In this document: one piece after another, positions 1 to 14,579 of the stretch
Layout: each line of letters begins with the position of its first letter
Position numbering within the stretch: position 1 is the first letter of the stretch
Origin: the human T2T-CHM13v2.0 reference genome, Homo sapiens
DNA: 64,000 nt
Reading direction: 5' to 3' (one strand)
Assembly: GCF_009914755.1 (NCBI RefSeq)
Contig: NC_060941.1
Made by a program: the position numbers and the translations under genes
Notes under the pieces: generated by a model
Seen by the model: the letters and a program-made list of their open reading frames with translations, nothing else
The model's database searches: none
Told to the model about the DNA's origin: nothing

Positions 1-786
1 TGGAGGGCTCTTGGGGACAGAGCTTTGACTCTGAGTCACTTGATTGTCAGCCCCCCTGCCCTGGGTACTTGGCTTCCACTGTGGTCAGCAACATTGATTT
101 CTGCAGTGGACCTGGCAACATTATGGTCAGCTACATCCACTGTGGGGCCTCAGCAACATGTGTCCTCAATTTTCTCTTCTCAGGGCGGATATGAAGTGGG
201 AAGCCAAGAAAATATGTCTGCTTATTTCTTAAACTTATGCATATTTATTCTTGAAATGTATGCTTCTTTTTCCCTCAGGGCTAATGAAACCTATTTTCCC
301 TTTGGTTTTCACATCTAAAATTATGTGGCTCATTTCTCATCCTCCTCCAAGAAGTGGCCAATTGCTGATGGGTCAGAGAATTCCCAGAGTGCATAAGATA
401 GAAACTGATGCTATTTTCAAAATGCCAAAAAGTCTTCCACTATGTCTAAATATGGCCGCAGGAGACATGTGTTCTTTAATTATGTTCTCCCAAGTTCAAT
501 AATTACTTAGGAAGCTTCTTGGAGTGAAGGATATCTGAGAAATTCATAGGGGCTTTCGTTGCCTCCCAAGTCACTTCTATAAACTCCACTCTACAGACCT
601 CATAAATTCCAACAGGGCTGGACAAAAGCAAGCCCCCCTTTTCTGGGACAGCCCCTGTTTCCTTCTACTCTAAGCAGTGACTCTCACAGCCTTTGTTATG
701 GACTCCTCAGATCTCTGTACATAGCAACCAGGGCATGAGGTGAGCTGGTCTCTTCCCATTAAACATGATGCCATCAAGCTGTTCCT

Positions 787-942
787 GTCAGTTACTGCCA
801 CTAAAATTACAGCTGTTGGTCACCCCTTAGTGGAAAGAGGCAATCTCCTCCCTCCTCTTCCTTCGTCAGTTACTACCACTAAAATTACAGCTGTTGGTCA
901 GCACTTAGTAGAAAGAGGCAACCTCCTCCTTCCTCCTGCTTC
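787..942. repeat. Tandem duplication, 2 x 78 bp (~90% identity)
   Basis: gtcagttact(g/a)ccactaaaattacagctgttggtca...gaaagaggcaa starts at both 787 and 865; about 8 substitutions. Confidence 0.95.
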
Positions 943-1228
943 TTAAAAATAACATGCCTTTCACTCAATCCCTACTAGAAAATGCACATACCAACCCAGA
1001 GAAAGTTAAGCCAAGAACCCCAGCAGGCTGAGTTTTGAACCTGAGGACACACTTGCCAGGCTCTCAGGGACTCAGCTTGAGCCTCCATGCTTCCCACCCT
1101 CCCACTACAGCTGTCTCACAGTTTGGGCTCTGAGATAAGAGGTGTTTCATCCGTCAAAGAAGAAAAGTCCATCAGGAAAAAAAAAACCCACAACAATCCC
1201 ATAAGTCATGGAGGAAAGAGAGAGACAG

Positions 1229-1702
<474 letters not shown>

Positions 1703-2274
1703 CTTTACTCCATTTTCCTCTAATTTTCCTATCCACAGCCTCCTTTTCCTTACCCTAAGGTAACCTTTTAAAATTTATTTGCTTCACTTTATCTATCTTT
1801 ATGTGTATGTGTGCAGCAAGAAACTGAACAGAATTTTGGCAAAGAGGGTTGTTTGTAGATGTGAATATTTCCTCTTGGCTTGGTGGAGGTCTTTTTCCTG
1901 GAAGCCACTTCCTGGGGCTTACGTGGGGGAGAGGACACAGTCTTCTGTTGAATTTACAAACACTGCTTCCCTGGCCACCTGCCCACCCTTGATGAGAAGG
2001 TTGTGTGCTCTGTATGAGGAAGAATGACTTGAGGCAGCCTGTTAATCCTACCTAAGTAAACAGAATAGTAAGTGGGAAATGACAGTGGCTTTTGACTATC
2101 TTTTTAAATAAACTAAACCCAAGTGCCTATTTATTTCAAAGCTTCCTCCATTTAACAATGTCTTAGAAACATCTCTCAGATTTCATCTCATGATTCTTCT
2201 TTAATGACTCACTGATACAATCATATTAACCCAAGTTCCAATCTCCTTCTATCTGGAAGCATTACATGAGATTT

Positions 2275-2480
2275 TAGAGTCATACGGACTCAAATATTGA
2301 ATTGGATTACTAGCCATGTAATCTGTAATGAGATAATTATTTCTCAGTTGCCTCATATGGAAAAAGGAGATAATAGGAAGATAATAGTGATAACTACCTA
2401 ATAGGGTTATTTTACAGATTAAATGAAACCAATCTTGTAAAGCTTTTAATAGAGATACTTTTCATATAGTAAATCTCTTT
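2275..2480 (+). mobile_element. MIR SINE fragment
   Basis: tctcagttgcctcatatggaaaaagg...gattaaatga MIR core. Confidence 0.7.
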
Positions 2481-2559
2481 AACTATTTTTATCTTTTCTC
2501 TCTGCTCCTAGCTATTATCTGTGCCAATTATGTCAATCTTCTCTCTCCTGCTTTCCTAC

Positions 2560-3620
<1,061 letters not shown>

Positions 3621-4527
3621 TCTGCACTACTTTCCATCACCTATTCCAGCCCACTCTTAACTAGGTCCAAGGGAGAAGTTCACTATTGCTACAGCCATGA
3701 TGGGCTTGTTCTGGGGTAAGATCTTGGAGACCAGGCCCAGTTGAGTGGAAGGTTTCTTGACAGTGCCTTGAGACAGGCGTTAACTCAGGCGTGGGTGTAA
3801 AGGTGGAATTTGGAGGCCAGTTCTAGAGAACATGGGTCAAACACCAGGCCTGAGGGATAAATTTAGTTCCATAAACACAGATGAAAGTGTTAGAGCCAAG
3901 ACGAAGAACAGGCTTAGGAGGGGAAGACAAGTTGGTGATACACTTGAGACTCTAGTCCTTGAACTGAATGAGTATGATGAATCCATTCACATATTGGAGG
4001 TTGTCCAAGTGGCCTGGGCTGGGCTGGCTTCTTAGCACTGGGGCAGAATAAAAAGTGCATTCTACGGTCAGTTTCCACAGGTCCCTGTGGTCAGCAGGGA
4101 GGGACACATGGACCACAGAGGCCAGTGACCTAATCCTTGTGACTCTCTGTTCTCTTCTGTGTTTATTCTGTGGGACTTAAAGCATAGACAACTCCAGGTC
4201 ATAACTGGTATTTGTAGCTGTTTGCTGTTGTGGTTTCCTAAGCAGCTGGGCAGATGGAAGGACTGAGCCTTCACTCTTTTTGAGGATGTCAGATCCGGCC
4301 TGTCTTAACTTTTGCTCTATGCATCTTCTGGTTCCTGAGTCAGTTTGGACCCAGGCTGAGCATTAATCAGCAGGCCAACCTCCACCAACTGAGGGAGCTT
4401 GACTTGGTGGCCTCTAAGGAATTCTAGCTCTGATACTTTAAAATTGAATCCAGCAAATTAGCTGAAGGAGGCTTCATTCTCTCTTTCACATTTGGCTGAT
4501 TTGCTCAATGCATGACTTGCTGGGTAG

Positions 4528-4943
<416 letters not shown>

Positions 4944-4969
4944 ACTTATGTTAAAATTTTTAATAAAAG

Positions 4970-5032
4970 TTTCTTTCTTTCTTCCTTCCCTTTTCCTTTC
5001 TTTCTTTTCTTTTTTCTTTCTTTCTTTCTTTC

Positions 5033-5089
<57 letters not shown>

Positions 5090-5218
5090 TTTCTTTCTTT
5101 CTTTCTTTTCTTTCTCTCTCTTTCTGTCTCTCCTTCCTCGTTCCTCCTTCCTCCTTTCCTTCCTCTTTCCTCCCTTCTTCCCTCCCTCCCTCCCTCCTGC
5201 CCTTTCCCTCCCTCCCTC
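4970..5218. repeat. (TTTC)n / (CCTT, CCCT)n polypyrimidine tract, ~250 bp
   Basis: Read directly. Confidence 0.97.
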
Positions 5219-5659
5219 ATACAGTACTGTATTGTGATAATGGACATAATTTATGGATGAGATTTGCATTCCCAACAGTCTTCGGATCTTGATGCTTCTG
5301 CACTATCTGGAATTTTTTATTTTTGAAATGGGTCCTGGGGACCAGATGTTTTGAGTATGTTTAAATCTGGCTTGAAGGTGGGGGGCAGAAAAAACACAAA
5401 AAATATCTGGCCCCTTTAGCTTTTTAAATGGCACAGTTGACTGAGGAAGCATAGTGTATGAGCAAAACTCCTAAGAGCTCCTGACGCTGGTCATTTGTTG
5501 AAGGGAGGCTATTTTAGCTGCACCTCAATGCTACTTTTTTTTTTCTTCTAACAGCCTTCTAGTTTTGACTGGCTTTGCCGGAGTAGTTCTATATTTCACT
5601 GACATAATCATTTTAGACAAATGTGCTGAGTAGGTTTGTGCTTGTAAATTACGTGTGTT

Positions 5660-6030
5660 TACAAGAATATTCCTCAGGAATGCATTGGTACAACATTTCT
5701 GGAGGATATTTTAACCACCCATATTAAGAGACTTAATGATATTCATAATCTTTGACCCAGTCATTCTGCTTTTAGGAATTTCTCCTTCAAAAACAGTAAG
5801 AAAGTGTACACAAGTTATTCATCAGTTTTACTTATGAATGTAAAAATCTGGAAGTAGTGAAAATTTCCAGCAAAAGATATTGATTAAATAAATTACATAT
5901 GTCTTGCAATGGAATGCTCTATGACCATTAAATGATATAAATAAATATTTAATAATATATGAGAATGCTCATGCACACTGTCTAATGACATGTATATTAA
6001 AGAAACATATTCATGGTAACAGTGGCAACC
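5660..6030 (+). mobile_element. Old L1 (L1ME-like) 3' fragment
   Basis: tttgacccagtcattctgcttttaggaattt...gattaaataaatta...atggaatgctctatg. Confidence 0.65.
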
Positions 6031-6037
6031 TCTAAAT

Positions 6038-6258
6038 CAAGCTTGTCTAACCTGCGGCCTCTGGGCCACATGTGGCCCAGGACAGTTTTGAATGCAGCCC
6101 AACACAAATTTGTAAACTTTCTTAAAACATTATTAGTTTTTTTGTCTTTTTTTTTTTTTTAGCTTATTTGTTATTGCTAGTGTTAGTGTATTTTATGTGT
6201 GCCATGACAATTCTTCTCCCAGTGTGGCCCAGGGAAGCCAAAAGATTGGACACCCCTG
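6038..6258. mobile_element. MER30 (hAT-Charlie non-autonomous DNA transposon)
   Basis: cttgtctaacctgcggcc...ggcccagggaagccaaaagattggacacccctg termini. Confidence 0.85.
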
Positions 6259-6789
6259 CTAAATGGTGGCAATGTGGGTGCAATTTTCATTCTTTATACC
6301 TTAGCATATTTTATTACACATGCAATTTCCTTTAATTAGCAATAATCCCTCTTATGATAATAAAGAAAATTATATATGTGCAATGAAAACAATAATCCAC
6401 ATTATTAAGCATTAACTTTAATACTAAAATATATTTTAAAGATATCTTTTTTTATATAAGATGCCCTGAGCAAGGTAGAAATGATCCTAAGTATGTTGGA
6501 GTAATATATTTTCAACAGGGAGATGAGTTTAATGTTTTAAAAAATATTTTTGTTTTCTTATGGAAATCCTTTTTGATTCCATTCACAATGTAGAGGCTCC
6601 ATCTATCTCTACCTGCTAGATCTCAGTATCCTTTCGTTACAGCAAATGTTTGTTGAGAATCTGCTTTATGTTCAGTATTATATGAGGCATGATGTAGATA
6701 CAAAACATAAGCTCTGTCCTCCAGAAATTTATAATCTAGTGGAAGAGGTCAGTATTATATATTTAAGAAAAGACTAGTCTTTGTTATGG

Positions 6790-7140
6790 TTCGGCTCTCA
6801 AATTTCAGTGGCTGCTCATAACGGTTTACTTCATGTTCATGTGAAGGTCCTGGTCAGTTGGCACTTCTTCCACAGGCTGTGATTAAGAGGTTCTGGCTCC
6901 TTCCAACTTGCGTTTCTGCCATAAGACCTTGAATTTTCTGCTGAAACCTCTGCATCCAGCCTGCAGACAAGGGAAGGGAAAGGGTGGAAACTTGCACAGG
7001 AATTTTCCGTCAGCCAGTCCAAGAGGAGCATTTTTCACCTCCCCCCGTATTTCATTGATTAAAATTCAGCCATGTGGCTCCATTTACGCGAGGGAGTGGG
7101 GCAGCCTGGGGAAGATGTTTCTCAGCAACAGTGCTACCCT
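6790..7140 (-). mobile_element. Old MaLR LTR (MLT1J/K-like)
   Basis: aaatttcagtggct...ggctccttccaacttg...tttcattgattaaaattcagccatgtggc. Confidence 0.55.
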
Positions 7141-7459
7141 GCTGGACAGCTGGTGATTTTTACCATAAAACAAGATAGTAATAAGGATAGAATGAGGTAA
7201 AAAGCTTTATAATTACTTCCTTATATTTTTGTTTTCTGATTTTTATCTAATTGTTGTAATGAAATCAGTGAGATCCATGATTCAAGCTATTAAATCCATT
7301 GTGCCTTTCACCAACCCACCACTCAGTGGATAGTTTTTGTGGTGTCTACTCTCTGCCAGAGCCTGGGTAAGCAGGAAAGACTGAGGGAAAGATGCTTGCC
7401 CTTATAGATCTAGGGGTGTCCTTATGCATATACCAATCGTGAAGAAGTGGAGCCGTGTC

Positions 7460-7650
7460 TGGTATTTTACAGTGGCTTCAAGTTAGACAGACTTCAATTC
7501 AAATTCAAATCTTGGCCATGACAGAGGCCCTCTGTGACCTTGAGAAGGTTATTTAACCATTTTGAAATGCGATTTTCTCATCTACAAAGTGAGTCTTATC
7601 CCACAGTGTTGTCTTTATAAGAATTAAATAATAAATAATGTGTGAAGCAC
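7460..7650 (+). mobile_element. MIR SINE
   Basis: tgtgaccttgagaaggttatttaacc...ttttctcatctacaaagtg. Confidence 0.75.
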
Positions 7651-7739
7651 AAATGTCCTGGGTCTTAGAAACTCAAGGACACAAGAAAATAAGGTCTCAT
7701 ATATTATAAAAAATAATTTCTTAAAATCAAAAAAATTCA

Positions 7740-10700
7740 TGATCATGATTAACATTTAAATAGTTGAGAAGGGCATAAAGTAAAAGGTAAAAGTGCTATT
7801 ACCCTTTGCTTTAAGTCCTAACCCTCAGAGGTAATCATATTTACCCCTTCTTGCCTAACTTTCAGAGATTTTCTACGTGTAGGCAAGCATCTGCACATAT
7901 ATATCTATGCTTTAAAAAAATTCCGAATGGAGTTATGCTAAACAGGGTTTTGTATCTTTCTTGCTTTGTTACATCAGAGACCTTGGACATTTTCCCATAT
8001 CATCATATATGAACCTATCTTACTTTTTTAATAGCTGAATAATGCCTCACAGTATGTGTATATGTCACAGTCTAAGTGTTCCCTATTGATAGATATTTGG
8101 CTTATTTCCTGACTTTTCCTATGGCTACAATGCTGTTACAAATCCCTGTGAACATTTATGTTTATATACATTAGAGAGCAGTTCTGTGGGATAGATTTCT
8201 AGAAATGTAGTAACTGAGACAAAGGTTACATGCACTTTATATTTTGACAGATACTACCCAATTACTTTCCAATTGAATTGTACCGATTTTTATTTTCACC
8301 AACCAATTTATGAGCATGCTTTTCCTTCCCCACATTTGTCACTAAATCACTTTTGAGATGGAAATGGAATTCCACTATTGCTCAATATGCATTTCGTTAA
8401 TGACCAGTCATGTTGAGCATCTTTTCATGTTTATCACTATTTTAATTTTTCTTTTTTCCTCAGATCTATGTCCTTTGCCATCATTTATATAGGATTGTTT
8501 CTCTCTTTTTAATAAATAATGTTTAGGGGATCTTATTATAAGGCTATTATTTGGGTGTCAATTGTAAATATTTTCCAATTTGTTATTTTCAATCTTTGTT
8601 CATGGTATTTTTGCTATTTGAAGTATTTTTATTGCTATATTTATTGTTCTTTTATATTTTTGGTCTCTGGGTTTTGTACCATCATCAGGAGGGACTTTCA
8701 CCCTAGAAGATTAATTTGAAAAAGTACTTTTGTTTCATTTCTTATGTTCAGGGTATTTTAAAAAACGTTTGAATCTTTGATATGCCTGGAATTTATTTTT
8801 GAATAATGGTTATGGTGGTAGGCATCTAGCTTTATTATTTTTTCTAAATAGGTAGTTATACTAATATTATATAATGAATACCTTACTTGTTCCCTACTCA
8901 TACATATTACTCACTGCATATCCCCATGTATTTTGGTATGCTTTTGAGGTATCTGTGATATCTGTCTTTTTCAGTACCAACAGCAAATAGTGTAAATTAA
9001 TGAAGCTTTATAATTTTTAAAATAACATCTCACTAGTGCTCCTTCAATATTTTTCTTTGTCAGAATCTCCCTGATTTTCCCACATTTCTGATGCCATGAT
9101 ATAAGTCACTTATGTGATGTGATTTTATTCATTGCATTTACAAATTACTTTAGGGAAATTCATTTCTTTTGAACATGAGACCTTCCAGTTAAGGAATAAT
9201 CAAGTGTATTATGTTCCTTAGATAAACTTTAATGTTTTAAAGTCAAGTTCCTTCACATTTCTTAAGTAAATATTCCTGAGTATTTTAATCTTTCATTTTC
9301 CTTTTGTAAATTAGATTAAAAATTTTGTTACATTTTTCTAACCTTTTTTTGGTTAAATTGTTATCAACCATTGACTCAGTTCTCTTATTTATTTATTTTT
9401 GGCTTTAACTTAATTTATTATATGTTATACTTTTTTTAATTGACACATGATAATTGTACATATTTATGGGGTACACAGTTATATTTCAGTACATATATAC
9501 ATTGTGTAATAATCGAATCAGGGTAATTAACATATCCATTACCTCAAACACTTGTCATTGCTTTGTGGTGAGAACATTTAAAATCCTCTCCTCTAGCTAT
9601 TTTGAAGTAAACAATACATCGTTGTTGACTACAGTCACCTGCTGTGCAACAGAACTCCAGAACTTAAATCAATCTCTTATTTTTAAAAAATATTTTTAAA
9701 ATGGCCTTTCTTAAGCTTTCCAAGTATAAATCACACTATCTGTAAATAATGATCATTTTTCCTTCTCCATTTTTTTAAACTTCTAAGTTATTTTTTATGT
9801 CACACTGCATTGGAAAGTATTTTCAGAAAGATGTTACATAAAGGTGGTGATAATGGCCCTTCCAACTCTGTTTTTTCCTTTGATGGGAATTTTATTATAA
9901 CAGTTTACTATTAAACAGGTAGCATAGTTTGAGATACTAATTTTTTTCATATTAAAGAAAAATTCCTCATAACTTTCAGTATCTATTAAAATGAGTGTAC
10001 GCTTTTTGGCCCTTTCACCTATTAATGTGGGTGACTTGTAAGAACATATTTCTTAACATTGAACTATTCTTAGATTTCTAAACAAGTCTCAGATGGTCCT
10101 GATATATTGTTACACAGTGCACTGCTATAGTGTCTTTGTAAGACTTATTTTATAATTTTTGCATTGATACGCACTAGATTGGGTCTTAAGTGCTATCTTT
10201 GATATTTTTGTTATTATTATGATGACTGTAAAATAATAACTTGGAAACTTCTTACTGTGTATTCCAGCAAGATTTAAAAAACCAGACTCTCTTTGACAGC
10301 TTGCACAATTGGTCTGTTTATTTTTTTCTTCCTTGAGTCAAGTTTGGCAGTTTCTGTTTTCCATGAAAAGAGTTCATTTCTTCCAGGTTTTAAAATCTGC
10401 TGCTTAGACCTTTGCAGCTATTTCATATAATTATTTTCATTTCCTCTTTCTCCATGGTTGTTTTTCTATTATTATTCCTTCTCACTTTTTTCTCTTGATT
10501 AATTTAGGTAATAATAATAGGTGGTTTACCTATTATTGTTTATTTTAGCTACTGTTTTCTTTCAAAGAATCACATTGTATATGTACCAGTTCTACTCTTT
10601 CTATTTTATAATTAATTAATTTCTGCCTTTGCTTTTATTGATTCCTATATATCCCTTTGCTTAAGCTTTTTTCAGTTATTCATTTTCTGCTTCTTTGTGT

Positions 10701-10850
10701 CAAATGCTTAATTAATTAATATATTTATTAATATTTTTAGTCATTAATTTTGTTCTAAATACAGCTTTATATGTCTTTGAGATTTTTATAAATATTTGCA
10801 TTTTTAAAATATATAAAAGTTATGCCTTCATGTTATCTATATGGTCAAAT
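7740..10850 (-). mobile_element. Degraded ancient L1 (L1ME-like), ~3 kb
   Basis: T-rich antisense L1 text (gttgagcatcttttcatgttt, ggaatttattttt, aaataatgatcatttt). Confidence 0.7.
9391..9670 (-). mobile_element. L1MA-type 3' end nested in the older L1
   Basis: aattgtacatatttatggggtaca...tttgtggtgagaacatttaaaatcctctc; tctcttattt repeated at 9381 and 9673 (TSD). Confidence 0.85.
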
Positions 10851-12051
10851 AGTTATATAAGGCTTTATTAATGACACAAGAATTCCTACTCCTGGCACAT
10901 GGTTGGAAGCAGATATGGAAAAAGGCAATAAAATTAACTTTAACACTTATACTGTGTCTTGTATGTATACCTTACTTTGACGTATGCCATGGAATTGCCT
11001 CAGGGAAGACCAGGGGATTCTCAGTGGATCCTTTTAGGTGGAAAGCCCCCATTCCTGCCTCAACCATGATAATTTCTCTAATTTCTTTTGTATATAGTAT
11101 TTCATTTGAAAATTTTATAGGAAGAAAAGTCTTAACAGCTTATAATGTTTAAAACTTATTAAACTTACATACATGGACCGTGTTAAACTGTCCTTATGTA
11201 AACTGTCCTTATAATGTTAAACTTATTAAACTTACATACATGGACAGAAATCCAGTGGTAAAAACCCAATACATTATTTTGACTCCAGGAAGCCCTTGAT
11301 AACAAGAGACATCATTATGCAATGTGGCACTAAGAAATAAAATGGTTCATTAAAATATGATATGCCATAGATTTTAAGAGGCATACCAATATCAGAGATG
11401 TTAAAATGTGAAAAATAGTTGCATCTTAATGTGGAATAAATATGGCATACACTTGTTAGGTATCAATTAGAATTAAAGTCCTAGATTTGCTTGATAATTT
11501 TTTGACTCTGTTCAAAGGGTAAGGTGACCAATGAAATACTAACGAAAGAGGAACTCCAGTAGAAGATTATTTGCTAACTAAACATCTGAGTTCAGCTTAA
11601 AAAGTGATATTTCAAACTTTTCTTCTCAATGTTCTCATTCTGGATGGTCCAGACACCACCGGCTTTGCTCCATCCCTTTGGGAAGACAGCACACCCAGAG
11701 CTCAAGTCTGCTGCTCATTCTGGAAGGGGAGATGTCCTGGGCCCAGGGTTTGGAAATGTCTTCTTGGACAAGCTTAAGCCGGTAAGCTCCCAGATGAGCT
11801 CCTGCTGTTTTGTTCTTCCACCCCGGGCCATGAGTGTCCCAGCGGGAGCCCCTTCTGCAGCAGTAGGTCCCACAGTTTGGAGGGCAATGGCGTCATCAAC
11901 TCATCCTCACTCTTGGCATCCTCTGCTGCTTTCTTGACAGTCCTCCAGAGCATCTCAAAACTTCTCTGCACAGTGGTTCTGATGGCCTCAGAGCAGGAGT
12001 GTATAGAAACTAGCAGTCTGGAAGTCCATCCCAGAGCAGCCAACCCTAGAT
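10845..12051 (-). ncRNA. Candidate terminal exon of a minus-strand transcript
   Basis: Acceptor ttttcag|ATC at 12052; mostly non-repeat body; AATAAA (minus) at 10864-10869. No expression evidence. Confidence 0.35.
11330..11446. mobile_element. Tc2/Kanga-type MITE fragment (MER104-like)
   Basis: tcagagatgttaaaatgtgaaaaa...tgcatctta...aaatatgg. Confidence 0.5.
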
Positions 12052-12269
12052 CTGAAAAATGTTTTATGTCTCCCTTCATCCTAAACATTTATACAAATTA
12101 TGTATTTAATTTTGTGGTTTTTGAGCACAGACATAATATTTTCTCCAAAATTTTTAAGCAAAACATCCCAGGAAGATGTGCCCTAGGTACATCCTGTTGT
12201 TTTGTGTAACCCAAACACTATTGAACTAAGAGAATACTTAAGCTCCAGTTGCAGAAACACGGAAAAAGG

Positions 12270-12420
12270 ACCCAGGAGAAACTGGGTTCAATCCCAACTG
12301 AGTCACTTAGGAATTATGCGATCTGGGAAAGTTACTTAAATTCTCTAAATTTCAGTTTCTTCATTTGTAAAAAGGGGATTAAAAACACTAAACTCACATG
12401 ATTATTGCAAAAACAAAATA
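12270..12420 (+). mobile_element. MIR SINE
   Basis: ctgggttcaatccca...aagttacttaa...tcagtttcttcatttgtaaaa. Confidence 0.75.
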
Positions 12421-12699
12421 GTATATTTAGACCATCACAGTCCTGGGGGTGTGCTGAGTGCCCAACAACAGTTACTTTCCCCTCACTCTGTGTCCTCCCT
12501 TTCTTAAGAAATTTTTCCCCCCTGCCAGGCTCAGGCCTAGAGGCAGAGGACCAGATGGGATGTGGGTACCATCTAGTCTCCCCCACCTCTGCCAAATCTG
12601 TACCTCAAAGCACCCTAAAAGGATAGCTGTCTCACCTTGTCTTAAAAATCTCCAAACAAGCAAATTGCCACTATTTGGTAAATAATTTCACCTCACCAG

Positions 12700-13270
12700 A
12701 TTTGTCCTTTCATGTATTTGCCTATTCACAAGAAACATACATTGGACTTATACTGTGCCAGGACTAGGCAAGGTCTCGAAATGTAAAAAGATGTTTGACA
12801 TAATCCCCTTCCTTAAAATGCTCATAAATAGGAAAAATCTGGAAAAAAACAATCTCAGTGCCATGGAATTCATGCTATGATAAAAAGATACCCACAGTCT
12901 ATTCCAGATTACACAGCATGGGCATCTTCTAGAATTTGGGAGGAGATGGATGACACAGAGGGAGTATTAGAAAGGCTTCCATGGCAGCAGACACCTGACC
13001 TGAAACCTGACATGCAAAGGTGAAAAGGGGTTTTGAAATTTCATTTCAGGCAAAAACTCAGAGGTAGAGAGCATGATTTGGGAAAGTGAAAGTTGTTAAA
13101 CAAAACTCAGCATAGATATCATGAGGAATGCTGAAGGGACTGAGGTGGTGGACAATAGACATATCGTCCGGCTTTAGCCCTGTGAAAGTGAAAGAAAGAA
13201 AGAAATCCAAAGACAGAGAAAAAAGCAGTTTCTGTTGTAATCCAGGTAGACTATGTTGAAAGTCTAAGCT
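12700..13270 (-). mobile_element. L2 LINE fragment
   Basis: attcacaagaaacatacattgg...actgtgccagg...agaaaggcttcc...tgacctgaaacctga. Confidence 0.6.
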
Positions 13271-13307
13271 AATGGCTGGGGCAAAGTGAGAAAAGCCAGG
13301 TTTAAGA

Positions 13308-13664
<357 letters not shown>

Positions 13665-13687
13665 TCAAAATAACAATGTACACTTAC

Positions 13688-13731
13688 CGGGCTACGTAGA
13701 ATCTGTCACTGTAGTTCTTAATTTCTACTTC
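13688..13731 (-). ncRNA. Candidate 44-nt internal exon
   Basis: Minus strand: ...ctgcatag|GAAGTAG...GCCCG|gtaagt; only one frame is open (EVEIKNYSDRFYVA). Confidence 0.35.
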
Positions 13732-13999
13732 CTATGCAGTATTAGGGATGTTGTTAAAAAAAGAGGCAATAGGAACATTGGTTGAGAAATTTGATATTTT
13801 AAATCTGATAAAAATAACAACAATAACATTATTTTTTAGCATATAAAGAATACACTATCTGTTGCCAAGTTAAGTGGTAAAAATGGTATTTCTAATCATT
13901 TTATTTTTTCAGCTGTTCATTCATTCTATGAAGTCAATATGATATTTTCAGGTTGATGGGAGAAATGTGTATAATAATGTGAGCTAAAGTACATTAGAA

Positions 14000-14170
14000 A
14001 CTATAGCGTGCCATTATATACATTTGCTCATTTGATTTCTCCCAATGGCCTTTTGAAAAGTCCATTTATGCTCACTTTACATGCAAGATAACTGAGGCAC
14101 AGATTTGCTTGAACAGTAGCTAAGCCAGGAATGAGTCTTATATTGGTTCAGTTTCAATGCCACACTGCCT
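14000..14170 (-). mobile_element. MIR SINE
   Basis: ctcatttgatttctc...cactttacatgcaagataactgaggcacaga. Confidence 0.65.
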
Positions 14171-14519
14171 CTCTGGATTATGCCGATATTGAGATCGAGA
14201 TTCCTTCTTACTTTGGGAAGCTGTTGGGGATTCTGGGTTATAGCAGGAAGCTGCAGGAGGAGACGAGAATATGTCTTGCTTCATGTTAACTCTTTCTCTC
14301 TGACCCCCTCTAGACAAATCATTTGGCCTGCTATTGGAGGGGTGGGGGTTTATTTAGCTTCCCTGGATGTTTCTTTAGGGATGTTAAAAGGAACCAGCCA
14401 ATACTAATCTCAAACAGGATATCCTTTAGGGAAAACACTCCACACTAAATACAAACAAGAGATTTCAAACTGAAGAATTGCAGATACTGAATAATCCCTT
14501 TGATTTAGTTCTTGGGGTT

Positions 14520-14579
14520 TGTGTGTGTGTGTGTGTGTGTGTGTACATGTGCACATGCGTGCATGTGTGTATGTGTGTA
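14520..14579. repeat. (TG)n microsatellite / alternating purine-pyrimidine tract
   Basis: Read directly. Confidence 0.95.

Noticed and set aside
740-946. ORF with an internally repeated peptide
   Set aside because: Explained by the 78-bp DNA duplication; non-ATG start and no coding evidence
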